Assembly (NCBI RefSeq): GCF_009914755.1
Contig: NC_060932.1
Length of the DNA: 64,000 nt
Direction: 5' to 3' (one strand)
Origin: the human T2T-CHM13v2.0 reference genome, Homo sapiens
Position numbers and translations under genes: made by a program. The notes under the pieces were generated by a model. The model was not told the DNA's origin. It was given only the letters and a program-made list of their open reading frames with translations, and made no database searches. This document shows positions 57,235 to 64,000 of the stretch, piece after piece (the stretch's first letter is position 1; the number at the start of each line of letters is the position of its first letter).

Positions 57235-57604
57235 CAAATGTTCCTCAACTGACGATGGGGTTATGTTCTGATAAACCCATCATAAGTTGAAAATATAAGT
57301 TAAAAGTGAATTTAACACACCTAACCCACCAAACATTATAGTTTAGCCTAGTGTACCTTAAACATGCTCCAAACACTTACATTAGCCTACAGCTGGGCAA
57401 AATCATCTAACACAAAGCCCATTATGCAATAAAGTGTTAAATATCTCATGTTATTTATTGAATATGCTACTGAAAGTGAAAAAAGAATGATTGTACTCAA
57501 TGTACAGTTTCTTTGGGATGTTTATTTCTTTTGCACAACTGTAAACTTGAAAATCCTAAGTTGAACCATTGTAAGTTGAACCATCATAAGTTAAGGACTG
57601 TCTG
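57235..57604. mobile_element. MER47A-like Tigger (TcMar) non-autonomous DNA transposon
   Basis: TA target duplications at 57233-57234 and 57605-57606, degenerate terminal inverted repeats, internal cttacattagcctacagctgggcaaaatcatctaacacaaagcc. Confidence 0.8.
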
Positions 57605-59910
57605 TATACTTAAAATATACATTGGGGTCACTTACCTGTTTCAAAGCCTGGCAATGATTTTCTACTGCACTTGGAAGAGAATTCAAATTTCCAAACTGGG
57701 CCTGTAATATCCTTCATGACCTTTCTTTGCCTGTCATTTCAGGTTTATTTTCTGCCTCTCTGTTGATATGCTGCTGGCTTTATTCACATGGATTCTGTGA
57801 ACAAGACAAGGCCCTTCCCAGGGCTCCACAGAAACACCCTCTCTCTCCCACCAAATTTTCTCCCTGTTACTGCATCATTTACATGTCACCTTCTCAGAGA
57901 TGCCTTTCCTGATCACTCTACTGAGAATGGGATGCACTACCCTGATCACTCTGTCATTTTTACAACTTATAACCATTTGCTTATTTGCCTCTGTACTATT
58001 TTTGGTATGTTCCATAAGATTATAAGGTCCATGAAGCAGAGGCTAGGTGCCCTGCACACATGTCTGTTTGTAGTACCTAGAGCCATGACTAAAACAAAAT
58101 AAGTGTTAAATTAGTACCTGCTACAGAGCCCAAGTTCTTACTGGTCCTAAGATTCTGCAAGAACCAAAGGCTCAGGGGAACTGGCAAAAATCAAACATGA
58201 GCCTTAAAGGCCTCTCTTCTACCTGATGAGAAATTATAAAATTCTGATTTCTCTAATTTTACCATTCTTTCTACATTTCTTAGCTGTAATTCTTCCATTG
58301 CAAAGGAGACTTATGCTGCATATGTTTCATATACTTCATAATGTGGGTACTTGAAATTACTAAATAACATGAATTATGAAACTCAGACAGGAACTTTGAA
58401 TAGACTTAACAAAAAAAATTCTGAGAGTAAGAGAGGAAAAATATTGGCTATTTTTCCTGCCATTCTTGGTCAAGACTCTTCCTCTTATCTAGGCAATAGA
58501 GTAACTATTACCTTCTTATGGGATCAGTAATGAGAAATTGTGCATTTTCTATTAGAATAAATTATACTTATTAGAACAGTAGGTAAGCCTCCCTACATAG
58601 AAATTACATTGAAATATCATGATTTTCTTGTTTAAGTCTTGAGAGTAATAGTTTCAAGGCTTTCTTGTTTAAGTCATGAGTTTAGTATTATTGGTAGAAT
58701 CACCATGAGCTAAAATTTCTTCAAACACCAAAAGTGATTCACTTACTCATTTACCCATGAAACTTTCCCCTCTCTATATTCTCTTTATAGATAATCTAAA
58801 AAGAGAGACTTGAGGACATCATTTTAGAGGGAGAAAAAGGGAAGTGGTTTCTTTCTCACCTAAATTCTACTATTTTACCCATAAATGAACCAGTAAAATG
58901 AACTGAGCAACAGCTCTAAACACAAGTATAGCACCACCACAGATCTGGATGAATCAATCAGCCTCAAGCCATAAATCAGCAAGAGCCTGTGCAAACCAGA
59001 GCTCACTCAAGATAAAGAACACTAGTTGTGATAACAGAAAAAAGCTCAAGTTTTAGGAAAAAAGTATATAATAATGGTTTCCACCATCACATTTGCTTGG
59101 GATTGGTGTCAGCTTCTGGGGGACTGTTTAGATTTGCTTGGGAAAAGCTGGCCATATGAAGGAAGTGCTGATTCTCCTGATTGGTGGGTACACAGGAAGT
59201 TGTATGTAGGAAATCTAGATTTTCCTTACAGAATTTTTATCATAAAGACCAATGCATCCATAGGTCTACAGTATAGGAATTCATCTGCATATGAAACAAC
59301 CTTCTAGGAAACAAATTACCTTAAGAAAGAAGTTAATATTGAGCCACACAAGAAGCTCAAGGCTAAATGAAGAAAGAACAAGAAAAGATTTAAAGGTACA
59401 GTCCCTCTTCTCTTTCCAAAGTCCACTGCTGGAGCCTATGCTATCACCTTAGCAAGGAATGCCATTACAAAAAGAAAGAGGAGTCAGATAAGATACTAGG
59501 AACGAGGCAATAAGTGCTACTTGGTATCTCTCTAGAGAGGACGTTTTCTCAGCATGAAGCACAGAGTGGATTTGGCTCATTAAAGACTACAGAAAACCCA
59601 ATAAAGCTTTGTCACACTTAAGGTTCCAGCCCTGTAGTTCCACCAAGAATTTTGGTCAGTATCCAAAACTCCCTTGCTCTGTTGTCCTTTTGTTTTCCTA
59701 CATGGCAAACGGCCAACCAATAGTCAAGAATTGAGCTATCCATCTCCTCTGTAATGGCACCGGGTTGTTGAGTACTGCTGGGGAAAGCCCTATTATTGGA
59801 AAAATTGATACCACTATGAATTTATGTTCAACACTCTCAACTGAGCCCTAAGTATGGATCTGAAGTTAATGCTGCCCCAGTACAATGCTAGTCATTGTGC
59901 ACTGCCCCTT

Positions 59911-60615
<705 letters not shown>

Positions 60616-61212
60616 TTACAATAATTCTTCTTCTGCAATTTTCAAACCTCTAATTTTTCTTCATCGTCCCTCCTTCTCAGCAGATGAGCTAAAGAAATTC
60701 CCCAAATTCAGAGAAACACAGAAGCCATCAATGAACAGAGCCTCAATTCTCAGTCTTGGAAAGTACAAAAATCCTCAAATCAACTCCAAATTTTTTCCCA
60801 TTATTTTGATGACCTTTTTAGGAAGCTATCATGTTTATTAATAATTATCTCTCCTCATCATCATCAGTTATGTGCGTCTGTTGTTTACATGTATGTATAT
60901 ATGTATATTTATGTATTTTCCTTCAAACCTAACTCTTCTTTCAGTTACCACCCTAACTCTTTCCCTTTCTAAAGCAAAATTTCACAGATAGTTTTCTATC
61001 TTCACTCTGTGATTCCTCACCTCTCCTGCCTATCCTAACCTACTCCTACCATTTACTAACATAGTTCTTGTCAGGTGACTAACAATGTAAACATTACTAA
61101 AAAGTATAATTTTAAAAGTAAACATTACTAAAGTATATTCTTAAGTCCTTGTTTTATCTCATCCAACAGGATTTATTTTTCTTGAACTAGTCATTTCATC
61201 TGGCTTCCCTGA

Positions 61213-61538
<326 letters not shown>

Positions 61539-62273
61539 TGCCTCTGCTTTTTCATGTTTTTCTTCTTTTTCTCTGATCAAACTAGTTTCTATTACTGGGT
61601 CACACTCATCCAAATAGCAATTGGATGTAGGAGTTCCTTGGGGCTTGGTATAGTATCCTCTGTCCACTCTCTTCCTAGGTAATCACTAACATTCTCCTAC
61701 TTTTCATTACCTATTTGTCTGCAGTCCAAACCTATGTCTGAGTCCCTGGACCTACAGATCTGACTGCATTTTCATTTGAATTTCTCACAAGCACCTAAAA
61801 TTTTGCTTTCCCAAGGAAGAATTCTTGCTCCTTATTCATTTCTCATGGACATTCATGAGACTGTATATTCATTCTTAATATTACCTTCCTTTTATCATCT
61901 CACACAGTCACCCAGTCCTGCCAACTCTACCTCTAAAATCTCTCTCAAACCCGTCTTCTTCTCTCCATCTCTAGTGGCAACACGCAAATACATGTCTCCA
62001 TCATCTTCTGTCTGTCACAATATAATGAAAATATAATATCCTTCGAACTGGCCTCCTGCATCTAATGTTGCCTTTCAGGTCACCACTGATTCTTTAAAGA
62101 GGTCCATAGGACCTCTTTAAAACCATCATTGTGATTATAAAGGCTCTCTACTAAATTGCTTTAAAATATTCCCCTTATCTTTAGGATAAAGTCAAAAATT
62201 CCTAATATTTCTTTTAAGACTTTGCTTGAATTGACTGCAATTTACTTTTTGCTCCTCTTATACAATTGTCTTC

Positions 62274-62628
62274 TGATATGGTTTGGCTGTGTCTCCACCC
62301 AAACCTCACCTTGAGTTGTAATAATCCCCACATGTCAAGGGCAGGGCCAGGTGGAGATCGTTAAATAATGAGGGTGTTTTCCACCATACTGTTCTAGTGG
62401 TAGTGAATAAGTTTCACGAGATCTGATTGCTTTATAAATGGGAGTTCCCTGTGCACACTCTCCTGCCTACCATCACGTAAGACACGGCTTTGCTTTTTCT
62501 TTGCCTTCCACCGTGACTGTGAGGCCTCCCCAGCCATGTGGAACTGTGAGTCCGTTAAACCTCTTTCCTTTATAAATTGCCCAGTCTCAGGTATGTCTTT
62601 ATAAGCAGTGTAAGAACAGACTAATACA
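62274..62628 (+). mobile_element. THE1 (THE1C-like) solo LTR
   Basis: tgatatggtttggctgtgtc...cagactaataca, 5-bp TSD tcttc at 62269-62273 and 62629-62633. Confidence 0.9.
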
Positions 62629-62791
62629 TCTTCTTTTCAGCCCTATTAAGCTTTCTGGAGGCTCTGAGCGTAGTATGCTCCTTTTCTTGAATGTTCATAC
62701 AGGCAGTTGCTCCTGCCTACAAAGCTCTTTTTCTTTTCTGTGCCAACACACTCTTTGTGTCCCAGGTTAATGACCTCCTCCTTGAGGAAGT

Positions 62792-62955
62792 TTTCCTCAC
62801 CATCACCATTCCCTCAGGTCAGGCTTTCCATACCCTTGTATCATAGTCCTCTGTGCTATCCTGGAACATCAAGTTTCCTCACCACCACCATTCCCTCAGG
62901 TCAGGCTTTCCATACCCTTGTATTATAGTCCTCTGTGCTATCCTGGCACATCAAG
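62792..62955 (+). repeat. 82-bp tandem duplication (2 copies)
   Basis: 62792-62873 vs 62874-62955, three substitutions. Confidence 0.95.
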
Positions 62956-62984
62956 GCTCGAAAATATTTGTTCACTGACTTTTT

Positions 62985-63233
<249 letters not shown>

Positions 63234-64000
63234 TGTTCACTGACTTTTTAATTCACTCCTGGTCCATACTTTAGCCTAAAAGCTACTAAATACTGATGTG
63301 AATTGGGAGTAACGGAGAACTATTTACCTTAGCATTTGTCCCGGAGTCGGTCTTAGTCAAAAGAGATATGTTAGTTGAAAATGGAAAACTCCCTTCCCCC
63401 ATGCTGTCAAGAGAGGCCGTGGTAATTTGCTATGTGGCCAAATGCTGTCAAAATTCTCAGTTTCTCCTCTACTGAAATGTGGTAGCTAGGCAACTTTGAT
63501 AACATTTGGAACCAACCCACACAAATTTCATTCCAAGTCCAGATCAAGTGCCAAAGCTGGTTGGTTTCATTTCAGAGACACCCTCCCTAAGGCCATGAAG
63601 ATGAGCCAAATGTCTGTGAAGAAATTGTTATAACTACCTATGCTTTCAGCATGCACAGGTATAATGTTTTATTGACTTAATTATATGACATAGTGTCTGC
63701 CACAATACGTGAAAGGCTTAGGGATTCCTACTATAAAATGAGGATGTAAATAATTGTCCTGCTAATATGGCATTTATTTGAAAAACTGGCTGCATATTGC
63801 AACACTGTAAGCAAAAACGGCAGTCATTTCAAGAGGGCTTTTTGATACATGACATTTTTTCTGTAATATTGGTCCTGTAAGTACATTTAAAATGAAGTAA
63901 TGAATCAAATGTCTTGTGCATATATACTTTGACTGAAGATAATGATTTTACGATGGAAACAGCTACTGCAACAAGATTATTCAGGCAAACCTTTATCTTT

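Noticed and set aside
58624-58680. Repeated tttcttgtttaagtc(t/a)tgag, and gtaaacattactaaa twice at ~61086-61132, as CRISPR-like repeat-spacer units
   Set aside because: Only two copies each, in eukaryotic DNA, with no array or cas genes. These are ordinary micro-duplications.

Overview
Primate (almost certainly human) genomic DNA. The first ~17-19 kb hold the 3' part of COLEC10 (collectin liver 1, CL-L1) on the + strand: five coding exons (119-190, 1588-1659, 12784-12837, 14236-14331, 16236-16627) encoding the Gly-X-Y collagen stalk, neck coiled coil and C-type lectin domain, all joined by phase-1 GT-AG introns. The first coding exon is upstream of the window. The remaining ~45 kb looks intergenic and is dominated by transposon relics: 16 Alus, two 5'-inverted (twin-primed) L1PA insertions with TSDs, a head-to-head L1 pair, a two-LTR THE1/MST MaLR element with a CCCAG TSD, solo LTRs, MER47A, old L1M and simple repeats. 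I see no convincing new multi-gene system. The best leads are: (1) the exon-4 reading frame stays open for ~187 codons into intron 4 and is followed by AATAAA, a candidate lectin-less isoform; (2) a ~3.8 kb head-to-head L1 quasi-palindrome whose arms start at nearly the same L1 position; (3) a CpG-retaining unique segment at ~40.3-41.3 kb with a palindromic double RUNX site; (4) a cryptic acceptor upstream of exon 5 that adds an in-frame stop. Repeat subfamily names come from remembered consensus sequences and need RepeatMasker/Dfam confirmation.
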